Shown: positions 35,627-47,054, numbered from the stretch's first letter. The stretch is DNA of 64,000 nt from Acidobacteriota bacterium (GCA_016710075.1 JADJLO010000038.1:238137-302136); one strand, 5' to 3'. Notes: generated by a model not told the origin, from the sequence alone. Translations and numbers: made by a program.

Positions 35627-36490
35627 TCACCGTGGGTTTGTTGTTTTTGGAAACAGCATCAAGTTGAGCCAATGCCGAGGGATAATCGCCTTTCCCCAGA
35701 TAGTCCCTGAAGAGTGCCATTCCAAGTTGCGCCTGCAGCGCAACCATCTGTCCGGATATCCATTGTCGCTGTTCCGGTGTCGTTTTTCTTCCCGATTGAG
35801 TTTGTGGTAAACCGAGATGAGGCATTTGAGCTGGCTGACCCCGGTGCCGGAGAGCGACTCCTCCCGCCGGCGATATGCCACCAACACTTCATCGGTGAAT
35901 TTAAACCGGTGGCCGTTGAGCAACATTCGGAGCCATAGGTCGAAGTCTTCGGCGCCCTGCCCCTCAAGGCTTTCGTCAAAGCCATTCATCGCCTCGACAG
36001 CTTCGCGCCGCATGACAAGCGAGCCGAAAATATAACACTCGCGCCGGAGAACCCTGTCGAAAGTCACCGGCTCGGAAACAGGAAAAACATCCTGGTAGAG
36101 TTTGCCGTCCAATTTTGTCGCCCCCCGGAAGACGGCATTCGGATACGCCACACTGATGGCTGGATCCGATTCAAGTATCCCGACAAGCGATTCGAGGAAT
36201 CGCGGCATCCAGACGTCATCCCCGTCGAGCAGGGCGATGTAATCCCCTTTGGCGACTCTCAATCCAGCGTTCCTTGCCGCCATGACCCCGCGATTCCCCT
36301 GCTTCAGATAGTTGATCCGGGAAAGAAATGGAGCAATATTCTTTTCAGTATCGTCGGTTGATCCGTCGTTGATGACAATGGCTTCGAAGTCTTTGTAAGT
36401 CTGAGAAAATAGCGACTCCAAAGTTTGAGCAATATACCGGCCCACATTGTATGCGGGGATGATTACGCTGACGGTTGGACTGTTCGCCAT
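35627..36490 (-). CDS. glycosyltransferase family 2
   Basis: …[21 protein letters not shown]…INDGSTD… and DGDD (D-x-D) motif. Track start TTG at 36505; ATG at 36490. Confidence 0.8.
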   Translation of the reverse strand: MANSPTVSVIIPAYNVGRYIAQTLESLFSQTYKDFEAIVINDGSTDDTEKNIAPFLSRINYLKQGNRGVMAARNAGLRVAKGDYIALLDGDDVWMPRFLESLVGILESDPAISVAYPNAVFRGATKLDGKLYQDVFPVSEPVTFDRVLRRECYIFGSLVMRREAVEAMNGFDESLEGQGAEDFDLWLRMLLNGHRFKFTDEVLVAYRRREESLSGTGVSQLKCLISVYHKLNREEKRHRNSDNGYPDRWLRCRRNLEWHSSGTIWGKAIIPRHWLNLMLFPKTTNPR

Positions 36491-36542
36491 ATCGGGTGTC
36501 TTCAAGATCGAAGCCGCGAGTTTCCGGTTTCAAAACAGTGTT

Positions 36543-37598
36543 TCAACGATCCGTCGCCTGGCTCTTGGGATCCAGGCCCAGATGTTCGCGGAACCAGTTG
36601 GCGGCCGCTTTGGAGCTGATCTCAAATGCCTCGTCGATGTACATCTCAAAGTGCGTGATGCCGGGAACGCTGATGAGCTTCTTCGGGCCGGTCAGCACTT
36701 CCATTGCGGCGTAGGCGTGATCGCGGTTGTTCATCAACTGTTCTTTCTCGGCCACGATAAAGAGTACGGGCCGGTCGCCGATAGCTTTCAGATGGTGAAA
36801 CGGGCGGTATTCGGCGACCATCTGATTTGTTTCGACATCCACCATGCGTCTGGTTGAGTAGCCGGTCTCGAATTCGCCGCCGCGCCCGGTGCGCGAGCGC
36901 TTGATCGCATCTTCAAGCAGCGCGCCTTTGAGAGAGGCGGGCCCGGGCTGTGAATTCCTGCCTGCGATTGACGGAATTTGCACGGCGACTGCTTTGACGC
37001 GCGCGTCCAGCGCTGCCGTCATTATCGAATGGCCACCCGCGAAGCTCGAACCCCAGACGCCTATGCGGTCCGGGTCAACACCCGGCTCACCTTGAAGATA
37101 AGAGATCGCATTGCGATAGTCCTCAACCATCTTCATCGGCAGCAGCCGCGTACGCGTCAACACCACGTCCATTTTCGTCCTGGTGATTCGCCGGCCATCG
37201 AGCGCCTGACTGGGATCAGCCGTCGTCACGGTGGGTTGCGCCTGCGAAATAAAAGAATCGCTCGATCCCCAGCCGCGATAATCAATCACCAGCGCTACCA
37301 GACCCAGTTCCGCAAAACGAGCGCCGTATTTTTCAATCGAGAAATGCGTGCCCGCCCAGCCTTGTCCCAGGACGACTCCGGGTGTCTTGCCGCTTGCGGA
37401 AAAACCTTTGGGATAAAAAATCTTTGCGTAACAGCCCACGCCGTCGCTGTAATAAGTCACTTCTTTCGCCGTCACGCCGTCGGCGATTTTGTAGCCCCAG
37501 TCTTCCGGCGTCAGGCCGCTTTTGATTTTCTTTTCCTGTGCTACCGCGCCGGGCATCAGGCAACAAAGCAACAAAACCACGGTCGTCAGCTTGCTCAT
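36543..37598 (-). CDS. secreted alpha/beta-hydrolase (dienelactone-hydrolase/X-Pro dipeptidyl-peptidase-like)
   Basis: 351 aa; signal peptide; nucleophile elbow …GVWGSSFAGGH…; paralogous to the next gene. Confidence 0.7.
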   Translation of the reverse strand: MSKLTTVVLLLCCLMPGAVAQEKKIKSGLTPEDWGYKIADGVTAKEVTYYSDGVGCYAKIFYPKGFSASGKTPGVVLGQGWAGTHFSIEKYGARFAELGLVALVIDYRGWGSSDSFISQAQPTVTTADPSQALDGRRITRTKMDVVLTRTRLLPMKMVEDYRNAISYLQGEPGVDPDRIGVWGSSFAGGHSIMTAALDARVKAVAVQIPSIAGRNSQPGPASLKGALLEDAIKRSRTGRGGEFETGYSTRRMVDVETNQMVAEYRPFHHLKAIGDRPVLFIVAEKEQLMNNRDHAYAAMEVLTGPKKLISVPGITHFEMYIDEAFEISSKAAANWFREHLGLDPKSQATDR

Positions 37599-37663
37599 CG
37601 TTTGACCTCCAATTTGTTATTTAAGAAAGAATCCCACATCCGCGGCAATGACCGCGCCTCTCG

Positions 37664-38725
37664 TTATTTTTTCAAGTATTGATCAAACCATTCGATTGCG
37701 AGTTTGATCGCGCGCTCGCGCTCCGTGGTGTATATGCCGTAGTGCGTAATGCCGGGCACGAGCACATACTTCTTTGGTTGCGGGGCGCGATCGTATGCGA
37801 GTTTGCCGTGAAGCTTGATGTCGAAGAGTTCTTCTTTTTCGGCATCAATAAACAGGGCCGCGCAGTTTTTGAGTTTGGCGGCCTCTTCAACCGGCGAATA
37901 GAGTAGCAGTTTATTTCGAATTGGAGCGCCGATCAGGCTGCCGACCACGACCTGGCGGGGCGGCGGATAGCCCAGTTCGCCGCGCGCGCGGCGGGTCGCT
38001 TCGTCATATGCGGATTTCAACTGATCGGCCTCGTTGCCCGCCAATACGGTCATTGCCGCCGGACGCGAATCAAACGCGGACACCTGGCCTACGATGGCCC
38101 TGACACGCGAATCGTGCGCGGCAACGTAAACGATGTGGCCGCCCGAATAACTCGATCCGCGCAGGCCAATGCGGTCTTTGTCCACCATTGGTTCGCCCAT
38201 CGCCCAGTGAATCGCATTGAACCAATCGGTGACGAATTCCAGTGGATCAACGACCTCGCGCACTTCCATAACTTCGGCGGTAAATTTCTGCGCTTGCCCG
38301 TATTTCGGTTTGACCGGCGAAGTGCCCGTTAAAATCAAGCGCGAATCGCTTTCGCCCCAGCCGCGATAATCGAATGTCAACACCAGATAGCCCGCGTTCG
38401 CCAGATCAATCGAATCGCGCCGAAAGGCCGCAGCCGTGCCGCCCCAGCCGTGAGCTTGAATAATCGTCGGCAGCTTTTTGCCCGCCAGTGATTTGAGTGA
38501 AAAGAGTTCGCCATACATCCGCACACCTTCACTGATGATGTTGACGCGGCGAAAATCGAGGTTGTCGGGCGCTTTGAAATTCGCAAGGGCTGCTTGTTGT
38601 TGCGCCGCCGGGTCAGGCGGGCGCTGTGGTTGCCCGGCTGTCTGATTGCTTTGCTGTGCAGACAAGCGCTGCGTGAAAAGCAACATGACGAAAGTGAGGG
38701 TCATGATTGTTTTGTGCTTCAGCAT
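37664..38725 (-). CDS. secreted alpha/beta-hydrolase paralog
   Basis: Start at internal MLKHKTIMTLTFVMLLFTQRLSAQQ signal peptide; nucleophile elbow …GLRGSSYSGGH…; same fold blocks as 36543..37598. Confidence 0.7.
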   Translation of the reverse strand: MLKHKTIMTLTFVMLLFTQRLSAQQSNQTAGQPQRPPDPAAQQQAALANFKAPDNLDFRRVNIISEGVRMYGELFSLKSLAGKKLPTIIQAHGWGGTAAAFRRDSIDLANAGYLVLTFDYRGWGESDSRLILTGTSPVKPKYGQAQKFTAEVMEVREVVDPLEFVTDWFNAIHWAMGEPMVDKDRIGLRGSSYSGGHIVYVAAHDSRVRAIVGQVSAFDSRPAAMTVLAGNEADQLKSAYDEATRRARGELGYPPPRQVVVGSLIGAPIRNKLLLYSPVEEAAKLKNCAALFIDAEKEELFDIKLHGKLAYDRAPQPKKYVLVPGITHYGIYTTERERAIKLAIEWFDQYLKK

Positions 38726-38810
38726 AATTTCTCCTTGAAGTAGCGTTCGTAGCATTATCATCAAGCCAATGAGGTTGCAGACGAAAACTGTCCTGCAGTA
38801 TCGGGAATCT

Positions 38811-40844
38811 TTATGGCTTGTTCTGCGGCAATGCAAAGAGCAACACCGTCGCCGAGCCTTTGGCCGCAAGCCAGAATCCGGTTGCATTGCCGGAATTGAC
38901 TGCAATGTACTGCCGTCCGTTGATCGCGTAACTGATGATACCGCCATTGAGCGGCCCCCCGGCATTGAAGCGATAAAGCACCTTGCCATCACGCGCGTCC
39001 AGCACTAGAAAGTCACCCGTCAGTTCGCCTGTAAAAATCAACTCCGCCGACGTCGTCGTCACTGCTGCCAGCATCGGTCGTTGCGATTCGTACTTCCAGC
39101 GCACTTGTCCGGTCGCCGCATCGATCGCCGTCAACCAGCCGCGCGATTGCTCCACCGGATCCCGGACAGAAGTCCCGCCCATGTAACCGCCCACCCCCGC
39201 GCGAAACTCCTTCGCTTTTTTAAACGTTGAGCACCAATCGACCGCGTTGACAAACAACATATTCAACCCTGGATTGTAGGCCGGCCCATTCCATTGCACA
39301 CCACCCAGCACACCCGGGCAGGCGTAAACACCTTCGGTTGTATTTAGCGGCACATCAGGGTTCTTGCGCGTTGTCACCGGCACCGCGTAAAGATGTTCGT
39401 GCGTTTCGCGATCGAGCACGTGCAGTAATCCATCTTTGCCGGTGGTTGTAATCAGCTTGCGCATTTTGCCGTTTATTCTGGTTTCAAACAGCGGGCTGAC
39501 CTGTGTCACATCCCAGTCGTGAAAATCGGCCGGCACTGCCTGGTAGAACCATTGCAATTTGCCGGTGCGCGCATCGAGCGCCAGCAACGAGTTGGTGTAA
39601 AGATTGTTGCCCAACCGCGAGTCGGTATAAAAATCAGGTGCGGGATTGGAAACCGGCACGTAAAGCACGCCTTTTACAGGGTCAAGCGAAAGGGGTGCCC
39701 AGATGGAGCCGCCGCCGGTCGTCAGGGCCGTGGGATCTTTCCATGTTTCCGCGCCCGGTTCGCCTTCGTCAGGAACCGTATTAAAGCGCCAAACCGGCGC
39801 GCCGTCTTCCAGGCGAAAAGCGCCGACCCAGCCTTTGACGCCGGATTCGCTGCCCGCCGGACCGATCAGAATCAGGTCTTCGTAAAGCAACGGCGCCATC
39901 GTAAAACCCGCTTCGCGTTTCTTGCGATCCAATATTGGACGTTCCCACAGCAGCTTGCCGTTCGCAGCATCGTAAGCGACCAAATACCCATCGTGCGTGC
40001 CGCGTATGACCTTGCCGTCTTTGAGCGCGACGCCGCGGTACATGAGCCAGCCGTCGGGCCCTTTCGGCTTGCGATCAACGCGCCATTTCACCTTGAGCGT
40101 TGTCGCATCCAGCGCCATCGTCGCATTGCTCGTCGACACATACATCACGCCTTGATACACCAGCGGGTTGTTGTGAAAGACGTTGGCATCGGCGACCTGA
40201 TAAATGGCAACCGGTTGCAACGATGCGGCATTGCTGCGATTGATCTGCTTGAGGTCTACGAAACGCTGCCCACCGTAATCGTGATTTGAGTGCAACCAGT
40301 CGGTGTTATTGTTCGCGGCGGCGTTCAATTCGGCTTGCGTCGGTCCGGCTGTGCTCGCCTTCGCACCGCTGCTGAAGAATTCAGGCGCGGCAGTCTTCGC
40401 GACAGGAACGCCTGATTGCCGCGCAATCCTGGTTTGCTTCAGCTTTGCCTCATCCGCAGTCAGTTCACGAGGGCCTGCCGCATAACCATTGCTCGAGAGC
40501 ATGAAGGCCACGATGTCAAGGTATTGCTCAACGGTGAGCGAATCGGGCTTGCCATAAGGCATCTCCATTTTGGTGATGTTGTAAAGTTCGCCAAGCGCGC
40601 GCTCGTTCCACTTGGCCATGAAACGCTCACCCGCGAGCGGGCTGGACGGTGTGCCTTCAAGGCTCTGTCCGTGGCACGAAGCGCAATGCTGCGCATAAAG
40701 CCGCTTGCCGCGTTCGGCTTGCGCCTGGCTGTAAAGCCGTTCAGTTTGCGAGGACGCAGAAGGCAACACCGCCATCATTGCCGCGCCAAGACATAATATT
40801 GCCAGGGTGAATCGCCCACCCCACCTGAACAAATCAAGATTCAT
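38811..40844 (-). CDS. PQQ-type beta-propeller dehydrogenase-like protein with N-terminal cytochrome c domain (putative quinohemoprotein)
   Basis: Signal peptide, CASCHG heme-binding motif, then at least 5 A.D..tG...W-type propeller repeats (…LVAYDAANGKLLWE…, …LLALDARTGKLQWFY…, …LTAIDAATGQVRWKY…). Track start TTG at 40862; ATG with SD at 40844. Confidence 0.7.
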   Translation of the reverse strand: MNLDLFRWGGRFTLAILCLGAAMMAVLPSASSQTERLYSQAQAERGKRLYAQHCASCHGQSLEGTPSSPLAGERFMAKWNERALGELYNITKMEMPYGKPDSLTVEQYLDIVAFMLSSNGYAAGPRELTADEAKLKQTRIARQSGVPVAKTAAPEFFSSGAKASTAGPTQAELNAAANNNTDWLHSNHDYGGQRFVDLKQINRSNAASLQPVAIYQVADANVFHNNPLVYQGVMYVSTSNATMALDATTLKVKWRVDRKPKGPDGWLMYRGVALKDGKVIRGTHDGYLVAYDAANGKLLWERPILDRKKREAGFTMAPLLYEDLILIGPAGSESGVKGWVGAFRLEDGAPVWRFNTVPDEGEPGAETWKDPTALTTGGGSIWAPLSLDPVKGVLYVPVSNPAPDFYTDSRLGNNLYTNSLLALDARTGKLQWFYQAVPADFHDWDVTQVSPLFETRINGKMRKLITTTGKDGLLHVLDRETHEHLYAVPVTTRKNPDVPLNTTEGVYACPGVLGGVQWNGPAYNPGLNMLFVNAVDWCSTFKKAKEFRAGVGGYMGGTSVRDPVEQSRGWLTAIDAATGQVRWKYESQRPMLAAVTTTSAELIFTGELTGDFLVLDARDGKVLYRFNAGGPLNGGIISYAINGRQYIAVNSGNATGFWLAAKGSATVLLFALPQNKP

Positions 40845-41091
40845 GCCTAACCTCCAATTCAAAAGAGACAGGATTGACAGGATGTTTCACAACCTCACTG
40901 AATTGCCGATACAGCCCAGGCGCCGGCGCCCTGGCAACCGTATATCTGCCGGACGCAATTCCCCAAATGCAATTCAATTGATTCGGTGATCATTCTTTAG
41001 ATTTAATTTCAGTATAGCCCTTGCCGCCATATTGGGCACAATCAATTCCGCATGGTTGGAAATCAACCAAGTATGAAGTCATCAGGCGCAT

Positions 41092-42009
41092 TTACTTTTT
41101 CCAGTATCCGGTGAAAAACCACAGATTGAGTTCCTGCTCGAAGGCGCCTGGAAGATCGCGCTTAAGCATTGAAGCAAACCATCGCGGGAAAGATTCCAGG
41201 GTTTTGCGAATCAGGAATCTCGGCATACCGAAGATCCGAGGCGCCGGTAGTGAATGGAGCCGGTTCATCACCGCCATTGAAGCGCCATAACTGCGATACC
41301 ACTTGCGAAAATAGTTTCTGGTGAGCCTCGCGGCCGGAATTCTGTGAAAGACCTTCATCCGGGGCTCATAGACGCCGCGAAATTTTGCGGCCCTGAGTCG
41401 GAGATAAAACTCGCTGTCTTCGCATAATCCAAGGGCTTCGCCGAAACCACCCAGATCGGTATTGAACACTCCGGTCTTTTCGAGCACCCGGCGAAGCACT
41501 GCCCCGTTGCCGCCGGAAAAACCGTGATGCGTGGCTGTATCATCGTCATGATCGTGCAGGATTCTTTGATCACCGCCGTCAAAAAGCGATACTGGCCCGC
41601 GCAGCCTGTCGTCATACCAGCGCGGAGGCGGGATTTCCCAGTCACCGTACACGGGCCCGGTAGCATAATCATACCCGTCTGTGAAGACCCGATGAATGGC
41701 GCAAAGCCATTGATCATCGACAAGCTGGTCGTCATCGGTGAAGGCGATTATTTCAGCGGTCGTGTTTGCTATCCCGGTATTGAGGGCGAAGGATTTCCCC
41801 TGCCTCGGTTCGAATAAATAGCGTAGCCGGCCGCCGGTATGCTCCGCGAGTTCCTTGACCACATCTCGTGTAGAGTCATTTGAATTGTTGTCGACGACGG
41901 TTATCGAATAATCGAATCCAGGTTCACGACCTGCATCGAGCACGCTCTTCAATGCTTTCTCAAGATAATCGGCTCGATTGTATGTGGCAATGATGACGTC
42001 GATATTCAT
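41092..42009 (-). CDS. glycosyltransferase family 2
   Basis: …MNIDVIIATYNRADYL…VVDNNSND… and DDD motif. Confidence 0.8.
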   Translation of the reverse strand: MNIDVIIATYNRADYLEKALKSVLDAGREPGFDYSITVVDNNSNDSTRDVVKELAEHTGGRLRYLFEPRQGKSFALNTGIANTTAEIIAFTDDDQLVDDQWLCAIHRVFTDGYDYATGPVYGDWEIPPPRWYDDRLRGPVSLFDGGDQRILHDHDDDTATHHGFSGGNGAVLRRVLEKTGVFNTDLGGFGEALGLCEDSEFYLRLRAAKFRGVYEPRMKVFHRIPAARLTRNYFRKWYRSYGASMAVMNRLHSLPAPRIFGMPRFLIRKTLESFPRWFASMLKRDLPGAFEQELNLWFFTGYWKK

Positions 42010-42058
42010 GATTGATAACTTATCAAAACGGACAGGTCGCGTTGAGGAGCATTCGCAT

Positions 42059-43588
42059 CTAACGGGATCTCTTAGTGGCTTCAATCAAAATAACTCCACT
42101 CAATGCGGGCCATCTTTTCGCCGCGCGGTGCCAGAGGCGTTCAATCCGGGACACGAGCGGGATGTGACCGTAAACGTCCGGATGTTCGAGCAGTTCGATC
42201 TTCCAGGATTCAAACTCCGATTGAGTGAAGATTTCTTCGATCCTCGAAGGACGATTGAAGCGGAAATAAGTCGGGTAAGCTTCCGAGCCCGAACGTTTCT
42301 CGAACATCGAGACAATAGCCGGATGAAGAGCATTCGGAATGGCGCGTGCGACGATGGAGACTATGTCTAGAGAGTTCGGTGTAATCGCGAGCAGCACTCC
42401 ACCGGGTCGCAGAACTCGTGCAATTTCCGCAAGCACCGGCCCGGGATCCGGCAGATGTTCAAAGACCATGTTTGAAGTTACGAGATCGAAACTGTCGTCA
42501 GTGAAAGGCAGGCGCCCGGCTCCCGCAAGAATTCTCTCATGGCAGAAATCATTTTCGAGCAGTGCCTCACGATCACCGTCAACTCCGACAATCAACCCCG
42601 ACAGGGATTTCAAATCCTCTTCGAGTTCGAGTTTGCCTCGCAACCACCATGGCACAGCGCCGCGACCGCAACCCAGATCGAGCCATCTGGAATCTCCTCT
42701 AAGGCGATCCCGCAACCGGTTCAGGTATGTTTTCTGAGGATGTTGAGGCTGGGCGGATCCTCGAAGCCTGCGGGATGAGTTCCGGTCGATGGCGTCCTCG
42801 ATCAGATTGTAGATGGAGTTTCCCGGATTTTTCCCGACGACGTGAAAATCAAAACGGGCAAGCCAATCGGCTTTGTCTCGAACGCGGCGAAGCCCGCTTT
42901 CTCTAAGACTGCGCCTGATGACGGAATCATCCTTCATGAGATGCATCGGACGTTGATCGTCGATTCCCGCCCGGTAGTTGAAAATCAGACGGCCGCCATC
43001 TTTCATGGCAAGGCTCAACTCCTTCATTTCCGCTGCCGGGTCGACCAGGTGCTCAAACACATCTGTGGCGGTGATCATGTCAAAATATCTTCGCGGCAAA
43101 GGGTTCTCATTGAGATCGAGAAACTCCGCTTTCAAACCTCTTCGCTCGAACCTCCACCTGGCAAAGTCGAGCATCGTCGAAGAAATATCGGCGATGGTCA
43201 CACTGAATCCATGACGGGCGAAAAGAATCCCGGTCGATCCGACTCCTGATCCAAAATCGAGAAAACAAGAAGCTCCAGTGTCTTTGGCATAATCCAGAAT
43301 CGCGACGTTGATCGAATTGGTTTCAAGATCGGCCGCGTGCCACCAGATATGCTCGTAGATATAACTTTGCGTGTGACGGTAGAATTCGCGGATCTGAGCC
43401 GGCGTTTGGCGCGGCGCCGAAAGCCATTCGGATCTGGAATCGGCCAGGGCATTTTCGCACAAGCCACGGGCAGCTTTCGCGCTAATTCCAAAATACTCGG
43501 ACAGCTCGCGAAGAGAGCTTTCAATCAAGTCGTCTTCTTCAGGCAGAAGCAGCGCATCGCGCCATTCCGCCGCCCACCTGCTCTTCAT
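42059..43588 (-). CDS. tandem class I SAM-dependent methyltransferase (two MTase domains)
   Basis: Two SAM-binding motif I blocks (…FLDFGSGVGSTGILFA… and …WLDLGCGRGAVPWW…), each followed by motif II/III-like segments (…ITATDVFEHL…, …VTSNMVFEHL…). Confidence 0.75.
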   Translation of the reverse strand: MKSRWAAEWRDALLLPEEDDLIESSLRELSEYFGISAKAARGLCENALADSRSEWLSAPRQTPAQIREFYRHTQSYIYEHIWWHAADLETNSINVAILDYAKDTGASCFLDFGSGVGSTGILFARHGFSVTIADISSTMLDFARWRFERRGLKAEFLDLNENPLPRRYFDMITATDVFEHLVDPAAEMKELSLAMKDGGRLIFNYRAGIDDQRPMHLMKDDSVIRRSLRESGLRRVRDKADWLARFDFHVVGKNPGNSIYNLIEDAIDRNSSRRLRGSAQPQHPQKTYLNRLRDRLRGDSRWLDLGCGRGAVPWWLRGKLELEEDLKSLSGLIVGVDGDREALLENDFCHERILAGAGRLPFTDDSFDLVTSNMVFEHLPDPGPVLAEIARVLRPGGVLLAITPNSLDIVSIVARAIPNALHPAIVSMFEKRSGSEAYPTYFRFNRPSRIEEIFTQSEFESWKIELLEHPDVYGHIPLVSRIERLWHRAAKRWPALSGVILIEATKRSR

Positions 43589-43626
43589 AGAATCACCATT
43601 CGAGGCCGGCTACAATGCCGGTGCCA

Positions 43627-44568
43627 TTAATATCCGTCCCGTCTCCACATCACCCAGGGCGCGGCCAGCAGGCCAACAATCAGGCCGTATACCTGCCCAC
43701 GCCTGCGTCTGAGCAGATCCTCGGAATCAGCATTCCGACGGCTCCATCTTTTCGGGACTTTGAGAAATGTCCAGTAGAGTACGCGCATGGCGTATCTGTC
43801 GCCTCGCATTGCATGCTTCATCAGATATGCCGAGAACCCTTTCGCATAACCATATTCGAGGCGAACGGCCTGATCGACACTCTTTCTGTCGTGATTGTGA
43901 TAAACGATCACAGTGGGCGCATAGAGCAAACGGCATCCGCTTCTGAGCGCACGGTAGAAGATTTCGGCTTCATCGGCGCCTGCAAAAAATCGCCCGGCTC
44001 CGAGCCTGACATCGAATCTGCCGATGCGATCGAAGATCTCACGGCGAAATGCCATGTTGGCGCCCATCAGAAAAAAACCCGGATCCGGAAAGACAAAAGT
44101 CTGGCGTTCTTGAGAAACCTGAAGCGATACACGCTGTAGATCATCGGAGCCCGGCAGAACACGCCCTCCAAGCACCAAAAGCTCCGGATCAGAGCCGAAT
44201 TCATGATAAATCTCGTTGAGCCATTCGGAGTCAACCAGGACGTCATCATCCGTGAAAACGATGATCTCGCCCACGGCTGATTCAATTCCCGCATTGCGGG
44301 CAAACGTCAGTCCCTTGCGCGGCTCAGCGATGTAACGAACATGGTCAGGATATTTTTCGATCCAGCGGCGAACAAACGCCTCCGTTCCGTCGCTTGAACC
44401 GTTGTCGACCACAATGACTTCATACGCATATTCACCTGAAAATTTCTGAGCTGAAAATATTTCAAGCGTTCGTTCGAGCGACCGTACGCGATCACGCGTG
44501 CAAATAACGACGCTGACTTTCGGCCTTTGCCTTTCGGGATTTGCAGATGGCAACGATGACAGGTTCAA
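43627..44568 (-). CDS. glycosyltransferase family 2
   Basis: …[18 protein letters not shown]…[10 protein letters not shown]… and FTDDD motif; 4-nt overlap with upstream GT1. Confidence 0.8.
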   Translation of the reverse strand: MNLSSLPSANPERQRPKVSVVICTRDRVRSLERTLEIFSAQKFSGEYAYEVIVVDNGSSDGTEAFVRRWIEKYPDHVRYIAEPRKGLTFARNAGIESAVGEIIVFTDDDVLVDSEWLNEIYHEFGSDPELLVLGGRVLPGSDDLQRVSLQVSQERQTFVFPDPGFFLMGANMAFRREIFDRIGRFDVRLGAGRFFAGADEAEIFYRALRSGCRLLYAPTVIVYHNHDRKSVDQAVRLEYGYAKGFSAYLMKHAMRGDRYAMRVLYWTFLKVPKRWSRRNADSEDLLRRRRGQVYGLIVGLLAAPWVMWRRDGY

Positions 44569-45797
44569 AGCGGCTGTTGTTTCACCCTTTCATTTAAAAG
44601 CGATCGGTAAATCCCGGAATATTGACCGGTGATCGTGTTCCAATCCCGCTCTTCAAGAGCATAGTCGCGTGCATTGCGGCTCAATTCGGCTCTAGACATG
44701 GGATCATCAAGGACCCTTTCCAGAGATTGAGCCAGCAGGCGCGGGCTGGCCGGTTGAACGAGGCACCCGGTCACGCCGTCCCTGATCAGTTCGCGCATAC
44801 CGCCCACATCCGATGCGATCACGGCTTTTCCCATCGCCATCGCTTCAAGAGGCTTCAAAGGCGTGGTCAATTCGGTCAGCCTTGAACTGATACGGGGATA
44901 GACTAGAACATCCATGACCGAGTAGTAACGTCTTATCTGATCGTGATCGACCTTGCCGGCGAAGATGAAACCGTCCTGCAGATCGGCCGGTATCGACTGT
45001 CTCAAGGCGGCCTCGCACTCACCCTCTCCAACCAGCATCAATCGCAAGTCCGCGCGCTTCTTCATCAGAATGATCATTGCATCGACAAGGTATTCCAACC
45101 CCTCGTAAGAATAGAACGATCCGATGAAACCCGCAGTCAGCTTTTCCTTGAGACCGTACTGTTCGGTCAAATCAGCATCGGGAGGCACTGGCTGAAAGAA
45201 GTCCGCATCGACGCCATTGGGAACGACAAAGATTTTCGCAGGCGGTATCCCCCGTCTGATCAGGTCGTCCCTCAGGGCTTCGCTGATCACTGCGATCTTC
45301 GCGGCCTCTTCGAGCACCGACTGCTCGAGCTTTCTCGAAGTCCTGTATTTGAGGGAGTTGTAACGCGTTTTCCCGCGATCGACCGCGGCATCCTCGTCGT
45401 AATAATGCAGATCGTAAAGCCAGGGCAGGCCCGTTTCTTTTGAGGCTCTGGCTGCCGCCATTCCATTGAGCGACGGTGAATGGGCGTGGATCAGATCTAC
45501 TTTGTGCTCCATGGCCAGCACCGCGATGGTCCTCGACAACGATGCCAGCGTAGCCATCTGCCTGAACATTGATACCGATTTAAGCCTTGAAGATAAACTG
45601 AAAACCGGCCAGTCGGTGCGATGATATTCGATCCCGTTTATCGTCTCCAGTTCGCCGGGGCAATCCCCGTGTTTCGGCGAAGTGACCGCAAGCGGATCGA
45701 TTCCCAGCCGCCGCTGTGTCCTGAGAATGTAGTCGCTTCGTATGCTGTAACCGCTGATCAGAGGCAGCGAGTGATCGAGGACATGAAGGACTTTCAT
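44565..45797 (-). CDS. glycosyltransferase family 1
   Basis: 410 aa GT-B; overlaps neighbours by 4 nt on both sides (operonic). Confidence 0.8.
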   Translation of the reverse strand: MKVLHVLDHSLPLISGYSIRSDYILRTQRRLGIDPLAVTSPKHGDCPGELETINGIEYHRTDWPVFSLSSRLKSVSMFRQMATLASLSRTIAVLAMEHKVDLIHAHSPSLNGMAAARASKETGLPWLYDLHYYDEDAAVDRGKTRYNSLKYRTSRKLEQSVLEEAAKIAVISEALRDDLIRRGIPPAKIFVVPNGVDADFFQPVPPDADLTEQYGLKEKLTAGFIGSFYSYEGLEYLVDAMIILMKKRADLRLMLVGEGECEAALRQSIPADLQDGFIFAGKVDHDQIRRYYSVMDVLVYPRISSRLTELTTPLKPLEAMAMGKAVIASDVGGMRELIRDGVTGCLVQPASPRLLAQSLERVLDDPMSRAELSRNARDYALEERDWNTITGQYSGIYRSLLNERVKQQPL

Positions 45798-47053
45798 CGA
45801 TTGGCTTTTCGCGTGTTTTTATTACTCAAGTCGGAACCGCTCATCGTCCGACTGCCGGCAACGGACTCAACGACCTCGACCATGCCTTGAAGCAGCGGTT
45901 TCCATGCATGCCGCTGCTCCACGAAGTTTCGGGCACTGAGTGAGAGCGTTTCACTCAAAGCCGCATCTTCCATAATTCCGATCACCGATTCGGCGAAGCG
46001 CTCGGGTGAACCGGCCACAATCAGCTCTTGTCCATCAGTCAGACCCAACCCGGCAACAGATTCAGGCGCGGCAACTACGGGCCTGCCGCAAGCCATAGAC
46101 TCAAGCACCTTATTCTGCACGCCTCTGGCGATGCGCAGCGGAACCACGCAGACAGCCGCTTTTCGCAGGTACGGCCTGACGTCAACGACATATCCCGTCA
46201 CCTCTATGCCGGCCGACTGTGCAAGCTTTCTGATCGCACGAGCCGGATTCGAACCGACTATCTGGAATATGACTTCAGGTTTTCGCAAGCGGATCAGCGG
46301 CAGAACATCGTCGACAAACCATTTCACCCCGTCAATATTGGCAAAATAATCCATCGCCCCAACGAAGACCAGATGTTTGGGCTTCTCGTGAGAAGGCTCG
46401 TTTCGGACATTGAAAAATTCCAGATCGACTCCATTGGTCATGAGGGTGACCTTCGCCCGTCTTGAAAATTCATCCAGGCTCTTTTCGAGCAGCGCCGCTT
46501 CACGGCTTGTCGCCAGAAATGTCTGGGGGAATTTCAGGATCACTCCGGTTTCAAACTTCCTCAGTCGCGCAGATTCAAGTCGGTAGAGCCATGATCGAGG
46601 CCACTTGACCACCCTGGAATAATCAAGCCATTTCTCCGAATCGACATCGACAAGATCGACAACCGTTCTGGAGGCCAGATGATCGGGGACATACTGCGCC
46701 ATCACCCCGGAGTAAACGAAGACTGCATCGAAATCATGGCTGGCTGTCGCATCTGTCACCGCTCGCGCCATCTCGCCTGAATGAAAATAGCCGGTCGAGA
46801 GTGCCTCATTAGTCACCAGGCTCCACACCGTTCGAAGCAGGGACTCAGACCGGCGCAGCTTGATTATCCGCACCGAAGCACAATGCCGGGCAAGCTCAGT
46901 CTCATGCTCCTGATCGTCGATGCCGCCGGCAAATGCAAGTAGATGAACCTCGTGCCCGCAATCAACAAGCGCTCTCAATTCATGATAAGACCTGATCTTG
47001 TCGCCTTTGTCAGGCGGATATGGAATTCTGTGTGCGAGGTATAGTAATTTCAT
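45794..47053 (-). CDS. glycosyltransferase family 1 (exosortase/PEP-CTERM-locus-associated sugar transferase type)
   Basis: 419 aa; MKLLYLAHRIPYPPDKGDKIRSYH… start typical of the EpsH/PEP-CTERM-associated GT1 subfamily. Confidence 0.75.
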   Translation of the reverse strand: MKLLYLAHRIPYPPDKGDKIRSYHELRALVDCGHEVHLLAFAGGIDDQEHETELARHCASVRIIKLRRSESLLRTVWSLVTNEALSTGYFHSGEMARAVTDATASHDFDAVFVYSGVMAQYVPDHLASRTVVDLVDVDSEKWLDYSRVVKWPRSWLYRLESARLRKFETGVILKFPQTFLATSREAALLEKSLDEFSRRAKVTLMTNGVDLEFFNVRNEPSHEKPKHLVFVGAMDYFANIDGVKWFVDDVLPLIRLRKPEVIFQIVGSNPARAIRKLAQSAGIEVTGYVVDVRPYLRKAAVCVVPLRIARGVQNKVLESMACGRPVVAAPESVAGLGLTDGQELIVAGSPERFAESVIGIMEDAALSETLSLSARNFVEQRHAWKPLLQGMVEVVESVAGSRTMSGSDLSNKNTRKANR

Positions 47054-47054
47054 A

